The notes under the pieces are model-generated. The model saw nothing but the letters and a program-made list of their open reading frames with translations. It was not told where the DNA came from and did not search any database. The translations under genes and the position numbers were made by a program. 64,000 nt of DNA from Calditrichales bacterium (lineage in GTDB: Bacteria; Calditrichota; Calditrichia; Calditrichales; J004): positions 2,624,001 to 2,688,000 of the forward strand of contig OZ254086.1 of NCBI GenBank assembly GCA_965267575.1, in the 5' to 3' direction. This document shows, piece by piece, positions 17,581 to 27,259 of this stretch; position 1 is the stretch's first letter, and each line of letters begins with the position of its first letter.

Positions 17581-19536
17581 ATGCATCACTTTCCGCTTCT
17601 GTTTGATATAATCATCATTATTGGCCTCGGTGCTTTTGTGGCCGTCGTTTGCCAGCGCCTTCGTATACCTCCCATCGTGGGCTATCTCATTGCCGGTGCT
17701 TTTGTCGGGCCCTCGGGCCTCTCGCTTGTGGACGTGGATAAAGAAGTCCAGATGATGGCTGAAATTGGCGTTGTTATGCTGATGTTTAACATCGGTTTGG
17801 AGTTTTCCCTAAAGCATCTGGCGCGTATCGGCCGCTCGGTGGTGGTGGGCGGTGGGCTGCAAGTGGGTGTAACCACGCTTATCATTTTTGGAATTGCAAA
17901 ATATTTTGGCCTGGGCAATGCCCAAAGCCTTTTCCTTGGTTTCCTGGGATCACTTAGCAGCACGGCGATTGTACTTAGCCAGCTTCAAAAACAGGCCGCT
18001 TTAGACGCGCCACATGGCAAGATCAGCCTGGGTATCCTCATCTTCCAGGATATCATCATTGTCCCGATGATGCTGTTTGTGCCGTTCCTGAGCGGCGCAG
18101 AAACACCCGATCCTAAAAATCTTATGCTGCTGGGGCTGAAGGCAGGCGGGCTGCTGCTGTTTGTCTGGCTTGGGGCGCGATTCCTGATCCCCCGCTTGCT
18201 TTATATTGTAGCGCGCGGACGCAACCGCGAATTGTTTTTGTTGACCATTGTTTTTCTGGTTTTCGGCATCGCCCTGCTCAGCGCGGAGCTGGGTCTGTCC
18301 CTGGCACTGGGCGCCTTCCTTGCCGGCCTGATGATTTCGGAGTCGGAATACAGCCACGATGCCGTTTCGCACATTTTGCCGTTCCGCGACATTTTTATCA
18401 GCATATTTTTTGTATCCGTCGGCATGCTACTGGACTTGCGCAGCGTGGCTGCCTACTGGGAGTGGATTCTGCTGGTCGTGGGTCTCATATTTCTTATAAA
18501 GTTTTTAACGGGAACTATCGCCAGTCTCGCTGTCGGTTTTCCTTTGCGGATTTCTTTTTTGGCCGCGGTTGCCCTTGCCCAGGTGGGAGAATTTTCGTTT
18601 ATCCTCGCTGAAGTTGGACTGGACTATGGCTTAATCGATGACAATGCTTACCAGGTGTTTTTATCAGCCACGGTTATTACAATGATAGCCGCGCCCTTTA
18701 TGATTCAATACGGAAAGCATACCGGGCGCTTTGCAGAAAAGCTGGCCTTTTTGCCATATTTGCGCGAAGGCAAGATGGTCAATGATGGGCAAGAAGGGCG
18801 TAAGCTGAGTAACCATCTTATTATCCTTGGTTTTGGTGTCATCGGCCGACACATGGCAAAAGCCGCGAAAGATGCTGAGATTCCCTATGTGGTGATGGAG
18901 CTGAATGCCGAAACCGTACGTAAAGAAAGCGCCGCCGGCGAACCGATTTTTTACGGTGATGCAAGCTATCCCAACGTTTTAGAGCATATTGGGGTAGCGC
19001 AGGCCCGCGCTCTTGTAATTGCCATTTCCGATGTGGCGGCGGCGCGCCGGGCCGTATTTCTCTCCAAGCTCAACAACCCGGATCTATGGGTGGTCGTGCG
19101 TGCACGTTATGTGACTGAGCTGGAGCCGCTGCTTGAACTGGGTGCCGACGAAGTCGTGGTGGAGGAGTATGAAGCCTCGGTTAAAATGTTTGACCGCGTT
19201 CTCTCCCTCTACAAAGTGGATGACAGGCTGGCCCAGAGAATCCGTGATTCTATACGCCACAAGAGTCATGCAGACTTATCCACGGTAAAAGAAGAACGAG
19301 CACATTTTAAGACAATCTATATTGAGGCCGGGTCGCCCCTGGACAATAAGAGAGTTGCGCCGGGAGATAGCTATCTGGAAGAAAAAGTTGAGATTATTGC
19401 TATAGAAAAGGACGAGAAACTCTTCCGCAAAACGGGTGAAAAAGCAACCCTTAAGGCCGGCACAAAACTTATCGTTTACGGCCGGCCCGGGGCTATTTCG
19501 GAGTTCGAAGAAAAAATAAAAAGAGCAGAGCTTTAA
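17581..19536 (+). CDS. CPA2 cation:proton antiporter (KefB/C-like) with TrkA-N and TrkA-C domains
   Basis: AEIGVVMLMFNIGLE, LIFQDI, QVGEFSF, GFGVIG, YGDA. Confidence 0.92.
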   Translation: MHHFPLLFDIIIIIGLGAFVAVVCQRLRIPPIVGYLIAGAFVGPSGLSLVDVDKEVQMMAEIGVVMLMFNIGLEFSLKHLARIGRSVVVGGGLQVGVTTLIIFGIAKYFGLGNAQSLFLGFLGSLSSTAIVLSQLQKQAALDAPHGKISLGILIFQDIIIVPMMLFVPFLSGAETPDPKNLMLLGLKAGGLLLFVWLGARFLIPRLLYIVARGRNRELFLLTIVFLVFGIALLSAELGLSLALGAFLAGLMISESEYSHDAVSHILPFRDIFISIFFVSVGMLLDLRSVAAYWEWILLVVGLIFLIKFLTGTIASLAVGFPLRISFLAAVALAQVGEFSFILAEVGLDYGLIDDNAYQVFLSATVITMIAAPFMIQYGKHTGRFAEKLAFLPYLREGKMVNDGQEGRKLSNHLIILGFGVIGRHMAKAAKDAEIPYVVMELNAETVRKESAAGEPIFYGDASYPNVLEHIGVAQARALVIAISDVAAARRAVFLSKLNNPDLWVVVRARYVTELEPLLELGADEVVVEEYEASVKMFDRVLSLYKVDDRLAQRIRDSIRHKSHADLSTVKEERAHFKTIYIEAGSPLDNKRVAPGDSYLEEKVEIIAIEKDEKLFRKTGEKATLKAGTKLIVYGRPGAISEFEEKIKRAEL

Positions 19537-20525
19537 CGGATAAGTACCATTTTCTGCATTTCGTTAAAGCCGTTGCCGGTTACCTGCAGATAATAAACTC
19601 CAGAAGCAACCTGAACCTGCGCGTGGTTGCTGCCATCCCAGGTAAATGTATGTTTTCCCGCGGACAAACCGCCATTATGCAGCGTTTTTACCAATTCACC
19701 CGCGCTGTCGTAAATATGTATCTGTATATTTTGTAACGCTTTTTGCAGGCGCAGCGGTATGTTGGTGGAAGGGTTAAAAGGGTTGGGATAGTTTGCCAGC
19801 ATGGTGATTTCGCGGGGAAGAATTTGCTGCGGCTTTTCGATGGATGTGGCCGGTGAATACCACACTTCCAGTTGCGGCCGCTGACTTGCCGTTGCGTTTT
19901 CGTGGCTGTCAAAGCGCTTGGTTGTAACGTTCGTGGATTCGTTACCTTTTAGCAGCCAGCCATGGTTGCGCTCGGGATGCTCGTACCAATCGTTTACATC
20001 TTCCGCCATTTCCGATGACATCCAGCTGTAACCGCCAATGCCGCCCACAACCGCGCTGGCGCTGGGCGTATTATCAAAATCGCCGCCGGCATTGCTCCAA
20101 AGCGAATCTTCATAAAAGCGGTGTATCCAGGTGGCGTCTCCTTCTGCCGAGGCCGTTCCCGAGCCTTCGTTACTGCCGGCATCAGAGCTGCCTTCACCCC
20201 AGGAATCCTCAAGTTCATGCAACGTGATGGTCTCATTTCCGGCACGGCTTTTGGACATATGCAGGGTTAACCGCACGCTGTCTATCTTGCTGTCGGCCGG
20301 GACGAACTGCCCAATATCAAAATGTATAACAGCACGCCTCAAAGATCCCGTGTTCGTACTCCCGACAAAAAAATGGGCACCGGAACCGTTGCTTACAGCC
20401 CCGTCGTTGTCTTCGTACAAAGTATTATCTTTGCTGGCGCCCAGTGTCACTTTTTGTGATTGAGCGTTGAGTCCGGAAACAACAAAAAAACTTAATAAAA
20501 CTATGGTTAGTATTGATTTGATCAT
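19533..20525 (-). CDS. Secreted DNRLRE/CBM96-like protein with FlgD-Ig/T9SS-like C-terminal domain
   Basis: Signal peptide; DNTLYE...RRAVIHFD...NHGWLL...RPQLEV; NYPNPFNPST...ASGVYY...KMVLIR. Confidence 0.8.
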   Translation of the reverse strand: MIKSILTIVLLSFFVVSGLNAQSQKVTLGASKDNTLYEDNDGAVSNGSGAHFFVGSTNTGSLRRAVIHFDIGQFVPADSKIDSVRLTLHMSKSRAGNETITLHELEDSWGEGSSDAGSNEGSGTASAEGDATWIHRFYEDSLWSNAGGDFDNTPSASAVVGGIGGYSWMSSEMAEDVNDWYEHPERNHGWLLKGNESTNVTTKRFDSHENATASQRPQLEVWYSPATSIEKPQQILPREITMLANYPNPFNPSTNIPLRLQKALQNIQIHIYDSAGELVKTLHNGGLSAGKHTFTWDGSNHAQVQVASGVYYLQVTGNGFNEMQKMVLIR

Positions 20526-20630
20526 GGGTTTCTCCTTCTGTTTCTGTTTTTGTCAAAATGATTATATCAGGTCTGTTATTCCTCACGAAATTATAAAGCC
20601 TTCGGCACCGTTAAGAAGAGAGATTACGGT

Positions 20631-20659
20631 TTGACAGAATAAACCGGATTGTGTAAATT
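20631..20659 (+). promoter_or_regulatory. Sigma70-type promoter for ffs-dnaX
   Basis: TTGACA (20631) - 17 nt - TAAATT (20654). Confidence 0.65.
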
Positions 20660-20687
20660 TTACGGCTTACGTTACGAAATAAAAACT

Positions 20688-20786
<99 letters not shown>

Positions 20787-20806
20787 TTTCTTTAAAAGGC
20801 AGATTT

Positions 20807-22390
20807 ATGTCATATGTTGTAATTGCCCGAAGATACAGGCCGCAGCAATTTAATGAAATAGTCGGCCAGGAGCATATTACGCGAACCCTCTCCAATGCGA
20901 TCGCCAGCGGGCGTCTGGGACAGGCATACATATTCTCCGGCCCGCGCGGTGTGGGCAAAACAACCACAGCACGCATACTTGCTATGGCGCTTAATTGTCC
21001 CGACGGCCCCAGTGCCACACCGGATATCACAAGTCCTGTATGCCAGGCCATCATCCAGGGTAAGTCGATGGATGTAATGGAGATAGACGGTGCTTCCAAC
21101 CGGCGCATCGAGGAAGTACGCAATTTACGCGAAAATATCAACTACACGCCCAGCGAAGGCAAGTACCGCATCTACATCATCGACGAAGTACACATGCTTA
21201 CCAATGAAGCGTTCAACGCGCTGCTGAAAACCCTGGAAGAGCCGCCACGGCACGCCGTATTTATTTTTGCCACAACCGAAATTCACAAAGTACCGGCAAC
21301 GATCCTTTCAAGATGCCAGCGTTTTGATTTCCGACGCATACCTTTGCAGACAATTACAGGGCATTTGAAAAATATCTGTGAACAGGAAAACATCGAGATT
21401 GAAGCAGACGCCATTTTGCAGATCGCCAAAAAAGCCGATGGTTCAATGCGTGACGCTCAGAGCATTCTTGACCAGATCATTTCTTTCAGCGGCAGTAATG
21501 TGACTCTGCAACACGTCAACCAGGCTTTCGGTTTAATCGATCCGGAAATGTTTTTCCGCTTCAGCGATTTGATCCATGCGGCTGATCTGAAAGGCATTTT
21601 GCAGCTGGCGCGCGAGGTGTTTACCAGCGGTTTAGATCTTAACGAGGTTTTGATGGGGCTGGAAGAGCATTTGCGCAATTTCCTGGTGGCACGCACGATG
21701 AAGTCGGTGGAATTGCTGGACGTAAGTGATGCGCTGGCCAAAAAATATGCCGGGCAGTTGGAGCAATTTAGTGAAAACGATCTGGTCGCCTATCTGAATA
21801 TCCTGACACAGGCGCTGACCGATATGAAATACGCCCAGCAACCCTACCTCAAATTTGAATTGGCCCTGGTTAAAATGGCTAAGATGCCTTCGTCGCACAA
21901 CCTGGAAACTATTCTGGAAAAACTCGCTGTTCTAAAAAAAAAAGACCTGACGTCTCCGGAAGCTGAAGACGGGAACGATAACAATCTTGCCAAAGAGCAG
22001 CCTGTTGTACACGATATAAAGTATGTGCGCGGCCAATGGTCTGAACTTGAAAAAAAAATCCACGCGTTAAAACCAACCCTGGCCAACCTGCTTGCGCTTA
22101 TCCGTCTTGATCGTCTCGAAGACAAAGAACTGTTTGTGGAAATCGAATGCAATAACGGTCAAAAAAACCTTATTGAAAAAAATCTTTCACTGATTGAAAC
22201 GGAGTTGTCCCGGCTGGCGGGAGTACCTCTGCGGATCAATGCCGCTTTTAAGCTGGTAAAAAGAGAAGCGCGCAAAAAAGCAAAAAACGATCAGAACCGA
22301 AAAGAGCTGGAAGAAAAGTTTAACACGCTTCGGCAGGAAGACCCTTTCTTTAATAAAATGGTAGAAGAGCTGGGTCTGGAGCTGGAGTAA
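20807..22390 (+). CDS. dnaX: DNA polymerase III subunit gamma/tau
   Basis: MSYVVIARRYRPQ, GPRGVGKTT, DEVHML, SRCQRF. ATG 20807 is preferred because the GTG at 20765 lies inside the SRP RNA. Confidence 0.97.
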   Translation: MSYVVIARRYRPQQFNEIVGQEHITRTLSNAIASGRLGQAYIFSGPRGVGKTTTARILAMALNCPDGPSATPDITSPVCQAIIQGKSMDVMEIDGASNRRIEEVRNLRENINYTPSEGKYRIYIIDEVHMLTNEAFNALLKTLEEPPRHAVFIFATTEIHKVPATILSRCQRFDFRRIPLQTITGHLKNICEQENIEIEADAILQIAKKADGSMRDAQSILDQIISFSGSNVTLQHVNQAFGLIDPEMFFRFSDLIHAADLKGILQLAREVFTSGLDLNEVLMGLEEHLRNFLVARTMKSVELLDVSDALAKKYAGQLEQFSENDLVAYLNILTQALTDMKYAQQPYLKFELALVKMAKMPSSHNLETILEKLAVLKKKDLTSPEAEDGNDNNLAKEQPVVHDIKYVRGQWSELEKKIHALKPTLANLLALIRLDRLEDKELFVEIECNNGQKNLIEKNLSLIETELSRLAGVPLRINAAFKLVKREARKKAKNDQNRKELEEKFNTLRQEDPFFNKMVEELGLELE

Positions 22391-22409
22391 TTTGTAAGGA
22401 GAAATTTCG

Positions 22410-22736
22410 ATGAATATGAATAACCTGCTAAAGCAAGCACAAAAAATGCAGGAAGATATGAAAAAGGTGCAGGACGGCCTGAAGAATATTACGGTTACAG
22501 GTACTGCCGGTGGCGGCATGGTGACCGTGGAAGCCAACTGCAAGCTGGAAATCCTGAGCGTCAAAATTGAGCAGGAAGTTTTTGAGGACGACAAGGATAT
22601 GCTGGAAGACCTGGTTGCGGCTGCTACAAATCAGGCTATTAGCAATGCCCAGGAACGTGCCAATGAAGAGATGCAGAAGGTAACCGGTGGTCTGCTCTCC
22701 AACCTTCCCGGTAATCTCAATATCCCCGGAATGTAA
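22410..22736 (+). CDS. ybaB: YbaB/EbfC nucleoid-associated protein
   Basis: LKQAQKMQ, AGGGMVTV, DMLEDLVAAA; synteny with dnaX and recR. Confidence 0.95.
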   Translation: MNMNNLLKQAQKMQEDMKKVQDGLKNITVTGTAGGGMVTVEANCKLEILSVKIEQEVFEDDKDMLEDLVAAATNQAISNAQERANEEMQKVTGGLLSNLPGNLNIPGM

Positions 22737-22740
22737 TTAA

Positions 22741-23343
22741 ATGAACGAATTCCACATTAAAGCGCTGGATGACCTGCTGGAGCAACTGGCGCAACTGCCC
22801 GGAATTGGCCGCAAAACCGCCCAGAGACTAGCAGTATTTATCCTGAAAAGTGACAAAGGGTATGCCCAGAGTTTGTCCCGCGCCATTGAAGCCGTTCAAA
22901 CCGAAACACGCCTCTGTGCGCGCTGCTTTAACATTGCCGACCGGGAGCTGTGCGCCGTTTGCCGCAATGAGCGTCGCGACCGTTCGCGTATCTGTGTTGT
23001 GGAGGATATCGTCGACCTGATGGCGATCGAGTCGTCACAGGCTTATGACGGTGTATATCATGTGCTTGGCGGTGTTATTTCTCCGCTGGCCGGTGTTTCC
23101 GCCAACGATCTCAAAATCCGTGAATTGCTGGAAAGGGTAGAGCAGGGCGATATTCAGGAAGTATTAATGGCACTGAATATGAGCACGGAAGGCGAGGCGA
23201 CGATGATATACCTGAGCAAATTGCTTCGAGACAAAAACGTGGAGCTAAGCAGGATAGCTCACGGTGTGCCAATGGGCTCCCACCTCGAATTTGTGGATCA
23301 GACCACCATCGGGCGCGCTATTACCGGGCGTCAGCGTTTATAA
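22741..23343 (+). CDS. recR: Recombination mediator RecR
   Basis: LPGIGRKTAQRL, C4 zinc finger, YHVLGG, EGEAT. Confidence 0.97.
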   Translation: MNEFHIKALDDLLEQLAQLPGIGRKTAQRLAVFILKSDKGYAQSLSRAIEAVQTETRLCARCFNIADRELCAVCRNERRDRSRICVVEDIVDLMAIESSQAYDGVYHVLGGVISPLAGVSANDLKIRELLERVEQGDIQEVLMALNMSTEGEATMIYLSKLLRDKNVELSRIAHGVPMGSHLEFVDQTTIGRAITGRQRL

Positions 23344-24249
23344 AATCCACTCCCAGTCTTCCGTACCCAGCTCGCAGTTGGGGAAAAGCTCGCGGGCATT
23401 CTTTTCGATTTCGCGCAAATCTTCATCCGAATGAGAAGGATTGTGGTGAAACAGCAGCAGCTTTTTCACATTGGCCTGTTGCGCCACATCGCAGGCAGAA
23501 ACGAACGTACTGTGACCGTAACCGGCAAACATTTTATATTGCTCTTCGGTGTATTGGGCGTCGTGTACCATTACATCTGCGCCCTGTGCAAATTTTACCA
23601 GCCGCTGGTCGCCGCCGATATACTGCTCTACATCCGTGGCGTAAACAAATTTCTTATCGGTCCACTCCGTGCGATACAGATAGCTGCCGTCTTTAGGATG
23701 GAAATAATATTTCATATTGTGGATTGTTAATTCGCGAGGCGACGGTAGTTTTTCCATGCTGTGCGCCACTTTGGGCGAGCCGCCCTCCGGCACGGTATAA
23801 ATCACCATATTTTCGCTGATATTCTGAAATTCCTTTGTGGAGCGGAATTCATCCATCCCCACGGGAAAGTATTGCGGCGCAACGAAATTACGCAGGATAT
23901 CCTCAAACCCCACACCCAGGGTGGCCGGCCCAAAAAAATGTATAAAAACCCCCGGCATATATAACGGCGCAAAAAACGGCAAACCAATCAGGTGGTCCGA
24001 ATGCGTATGTGTAAATATGAACGTTATATGGAAGGGTTTATCTGTCTTTTTCTGGTGTGCAAGGATTTCGGGGATCAGTTCTTTCCCCAGTTTGATAACG
24101 CCGCTGCCGGCGTCAAAAATTATGATATTATTGGGGGTTCGGATAAGAACGCAGGGTGTATTTCCTCCGATTTGTGTTCCTTCCGGCGAGGCAACGGGAT
24201 AGCTGCCGCGTACACCATATAATTTTACCTTGAAGTGAAAGTCACCCAT
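23338..24249 (-). CDS. MBL-fold metallo-hydrolase
   Basis: GVRGSYP, GGNTPC, THTHSDH, GHST, FHHNP. Confidence 0.9.
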   Translation of the reverse strand: MGDFHFKVKLYGVRGSYPVASPEGTQIGGNTPCVLIRTPNNIIIFDAGSGVIKLGKELIPEILAHQKKTDKPFHITFIFTHTHSDHLIGLPFFAPLYMPGVFIHFFGPATLGVGFEDILRNFVAPQYFPVGMDEFRSTKEFQNISENMVIYTVPEGGSPKVAHSMEKLPSPRELTIHNMKYYFHPKDGSYLYRTEWTDKKFVYATDVEQYIGGDQRLVKFAQGADVMVHDAQYTEEQYKMFAGYGHSTFVSACDVAQQANVKKLLLFHHNPSHSDEDLREIEKNARELFPNCELGTEDWEWIL

Positions 24250-24279
24250 CAGCACAATCCTCTTTTTTCCGTGTCGGTT

Positions 24280-24837
24280 TCAGGATTTGGACTCAATTTG
24301 TTTGATTTTGTCGCGGAGGTTGGCGGCCTTCTCGTATTCTTCGTTTTCTACGGCTTTTTTTAATTGTTCCTTAAGACGATCCAGCTCTGCATTTCTGGAT
24401 TTGAAGATATAGCTGCGGTTGGTAATTTCTTCCTTTTCTTCCGCAATGTAGGCGGCCTGTTCCATGACCGTTTCGTTGACAAAAATCGGCGTCGCGTTGC
24501 GCACCGCCAGGGCAATTGCATCACTGGGGCGCGAATCAATTTCCAGTATCTCTTCGCCCTTTGTTTTTAAACGAATAATGGCAAAGAATGTATTTTCCTT
24601 TAAATCGGTTATAACAATACTTTCGATATGAATGCCGGCGCTTTCCAGCATGCTGCTTGTAAGATCGTGTGTAATCGGCCGGGGAGGTTTAATGTTCTCA
24701 AGACCTAAGGCAATAGACTGAGCTTCGTATTCACCGATAATGATCGGCAACGTACGTTCACCGTCACGTTCTTTAAGCAATATGCCGCTTGATTGTGTCT
24801 GGGTAAGAAAAACGCCATTTACATTTACTTCGATCAT
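24280..24837 (-). CDS. Bifunctional nuclease (DUF151) with C-terminal UVR domain
   Basis: LPIIIG.YEAQSIA, RPITHDL, DSRPSDAIALA, AVENEEYEKAANLRD. Confidence 0.92.
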   Translation of the reverse strand: MIEVNVNGVFLTQTQSSGILLKERDGERTLPIIIGEYEAQSIALGLENIKPPRPITHDLTSSMLESAGIHIESIVITDLKENTFFAIIRLKTKGEEILEIDSRPSDAIALAVRNATPIFVNETVMEQAAYIAEEKEEITNRSYIFKSRNAELDRLKEQLKKAVENEEYEKAANLRDKIKQIESKS

Positions 24838-25104
24838 AAAAATTTATCTCCGGAATTCTATCGGGCCAAGACCGGCAACCGTCCTTTTTAGAATTCCAAT
24901 TTTGCAGTTTTTTCGGGCCAAAATCCTTGATTTTAGCGCATATGTCAGCCATTTCTCGGTCAATATGAAAAAAGGTTAACAAAATTGTAATGAAAGTCAA
25001 TTCTTTTCTTGCAAATTGCGTAAAAACTTAATGTTAAATAAATTTATCAGCTTTGACCGCTAGCACGTTTAACGGCTAATGGCAACCATGGTTCAGGAGG
25101 AAAA

Positions 25105-26469
25105 ATGATTAATCCATATATATTCAGGGAGTATGATATTCGCGGTGTTGTGGACAAAGACCTGGATAATGAAAGTGTGTACCTGCTGGGAAAAGCGTAC
25201 GGGACTTTTTTTCAGAATTATACCTGTCAAAGGGTGAGCGTCGGTGGAGATGTCAGGTTATCTACAGAGCGTTTGCGTGGCGTTCTGATAAACGGCCTCC
25301 GCGACAGCGGTGTGGATGTTGTTGATATTGGAGCTGTACCTACGCCCGTCCAATACTTCAGCATGCATTATCTGGATGTTGATGCCGGGGTTATGATCAC
25401 CGGAAGTCACAACCCACCAGAGTTTAACGGCTTCAAGTTAACGATGCACAACAAGCCCGTTTTTGGCGAAGATATCCAGGAAATACGGCGCATCATTGAG
25501 GAAGAGCGCTTTTTGGAAGGTCATGGTGCACTGGAAAACGCCTCCGTTACGGAAGCCTACATGGATGAAATCGCCGGGAAAGTGCGAATAAAAAACCCAT
25601 TAAAGGTGGTGTTGGATTCCGGCAATGGTGCGGCCTCCCTTGTTGCCCACAAGCTCTTTCGCATGCTCGGCGTCAAAACAATCGATCTTTTTGACGAACC
25701 TGACGGGAACTTCCCCAACCATCATCCCGATCCAACAGTTCCGGACAATATTAAAACGTTGATCGAAACGGTCATTAATGAAAAAGCCGATTTTGGCGTG
25801 GGGTATGACGGCGATGGCGACCGCATCGGCGTGGTGGATGAAAAGGGTGATATCGTCTGGGGTGACCGGCTGATGATCGTCTTTAGCCGCGAGATTTTAA
25901 AGGAAAGGCCGGGTGCGCCCATTTTGTTTGAGGTTAAATGCAGCCAGGCGCTGGTGGAGATGATTGAGCGTTTTGGCGGTGAACCGGTGATGTGGAAGAC
26001 CGGCCATTCCAACCTGAAGATGAAGATGAAAGAGAAAAACGCGCCCCTGGCCGGGGAGATGAGCGGCCATTTGTTTTTTGCCGACCGCTATTATGGCTAT
26101 GATGACGCCATTTATGCCTCCGCGCGCCTGGCGGAATTGCTGGCGGCAAAGCCGGGTACGAGGATGTCGCAGCTTCTGGACGACGTGCCGACATATTACT
26201 CCACCCCGGAAATCCGCGTGGATGTTAAAGATGACAAAGAAAAGTTTACCATCGCTCAAAAGGCCCGCGACTATTTCTCTGAAAACTATGATGTGATTGA
26301 CGTGGACGGCGTGCGCATTCAGTTTGAAGACGGCTGGGGCCTGGTGCGCGCCAGCAACACGCAGCCTGTGCTGGTTTTACGCTTTGAAGCTACCACGGAA
26401 CGTCGGCTGGAAGAGATCAAGAAGCTTGTAATTGAGCAGTTGCGCCGCTTTGGCGAGATATCGCTTTGA
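25105..26469 (+). CDS. Phosphomannomutase/phosphoglucomutase (AlgC-like)
   Basis: FREYDIRG, TGSHNP, DGDGDR, GEMSGH, RASNTQP. Confidence 0.95.
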   Translation: MINPYIFREYDIRGVVDKDLDNESVYLLGKAYGTFFQNYTCQRVSVGGDVRLSTERLRGVLINGLRDSGVDVVDIGAVPTPVQYFSMHYLDVDAGVMITGSHNPPEFNGFKLTMHNKPVFGEDIQEIRRIIEEERFLEGHGALENASVTEAYMDEIAGKVRIKNPLKVVLDSGNGAASLVAHKLFRMLGVKTIDLFDEPDGNFPNHHPDPTVPDNIKTLIETVINEKADFGVGYDGDGDRIGVVDEKGDIVWGDRLMIVFSREILKERPGAPILFEVKCSQALVEMIERFGGEPVMWKTGHSNLKMKMKEKNAPLAGEMSGHLFFADRYYGYDDAIYASARLAELLAAKPGTRMSQLLDDVPTYYSTPEIRVDVKDDKEKFTIAQKARDYFSENYDVIDVDGVRIQFEDGWGLVRASNTQPVLVLRFEATTERRLEEIKKLVIEQLRRFGEISL

Positions 26470-27188
26470 TGCGCCGGCCACGCCTGCCGCGATTATGGCA
26501 GGGATTTATCGCGCCGTTTTTTGATATTGATAATTTTTACCGCGAACTGGATGAATTTATTGCCGGTTATGATACAATCCTGCCCGGCCCTGAACGCATA
26601 TTCCACGTTTTTGATTACATGGCGCCACAGCAGGTGCGCTGTGTTTTATATGGAGAAGACCCGTATCCCCGCGCGACATCGGCCTGCGGCGTGGCCTTCT
26701 GGGATCTGGAAATTAGAAAATGGACGGACAAGACCAGCGGCAATTCGATGAAGAATATCCTTAAGGCTTTGCTTACAGCGCGCGGCCTGGCCGACTATAA
26801 AACGCCCATCGCCGAGTGCCGCCTTATTGCAGAGCAGGCCGCCTTCCCCGAACCATATGACCTGTTTAAACACTGGCTCAACAACGGGGTTCTGCTGGTT
26901 AACAGCGCTATGATATTTACCGCTCCGGCTGATAAAAAGCGTCACTTCCAATTTTGGAAGCCATTCCATATCGCGCTGATCGCGGCTTTGGAAAATCGCA
27001 CAATGGACGCTCCACATTATATATTATGGGGCCGAAAGGCGCAGCAGTGGGAAGAATTTATCCGAGCCAGGAAAAATATAATCCGCCAGGGTCATCCGAC
27101 GTTTATCCATCAGTTTATGGATCCCGCTAAACCCGATTGGTCTCCTTTTGATGAGATTGAGAGGCGCACGGCGTTGCGCTGGTCCTGA
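26469..27188 (+). CDS. Divergent family-1 uracil-DNA glycosylase-like protein
   Basis: YGEDPYP, GVAF, GVLLVN, ILWGRKAQ, GHPT; TGATG overlap with PMM. Confidence 0.75.
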   Translation: MRRPRLPRLWQGFIAPFFDIDNFYRELDEFIAGYDTILPGPERIFHVFDYMAPQQVRCVLYGEDPYPRATSACGVAFWDLEIRKWTDKTSGNSMKNILKALLTARGLADYKTPIAECRLIAEQAAFPEPYDLFKHWLNNGVLLVNSAMIFTAPADKKRHFQFWKPFHIALIAALENRTMDAPHYILWGRKAQQWEEFIRARKNIIRQGHPTFIHQFMDPAKPDWSPFDEIERRTALRWS

Positions 27189-27259
27189 TGGCCGGGCCGT
27201 TTGACCTGACTTTTGTGTCTGTGTATTTTTAAGATTCAATTTTAAACAAAGGAGTTGCC

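Noticed and set aside
21935..21944. Canonical E. coli A_AAA_AAG -1 frameshift signal
   Set aside because: AAG is not in the zero frame here and I see no clear stimulatory elements; reported instead as a homopolymer slippage candidate.
23338..24837. MBL hydrolase plus DUF151 nuclease as an anti-phage defence pair
   Set aside because: Both are common housekeeping-type families in core-gene context next to recR; no defence hallmarks.
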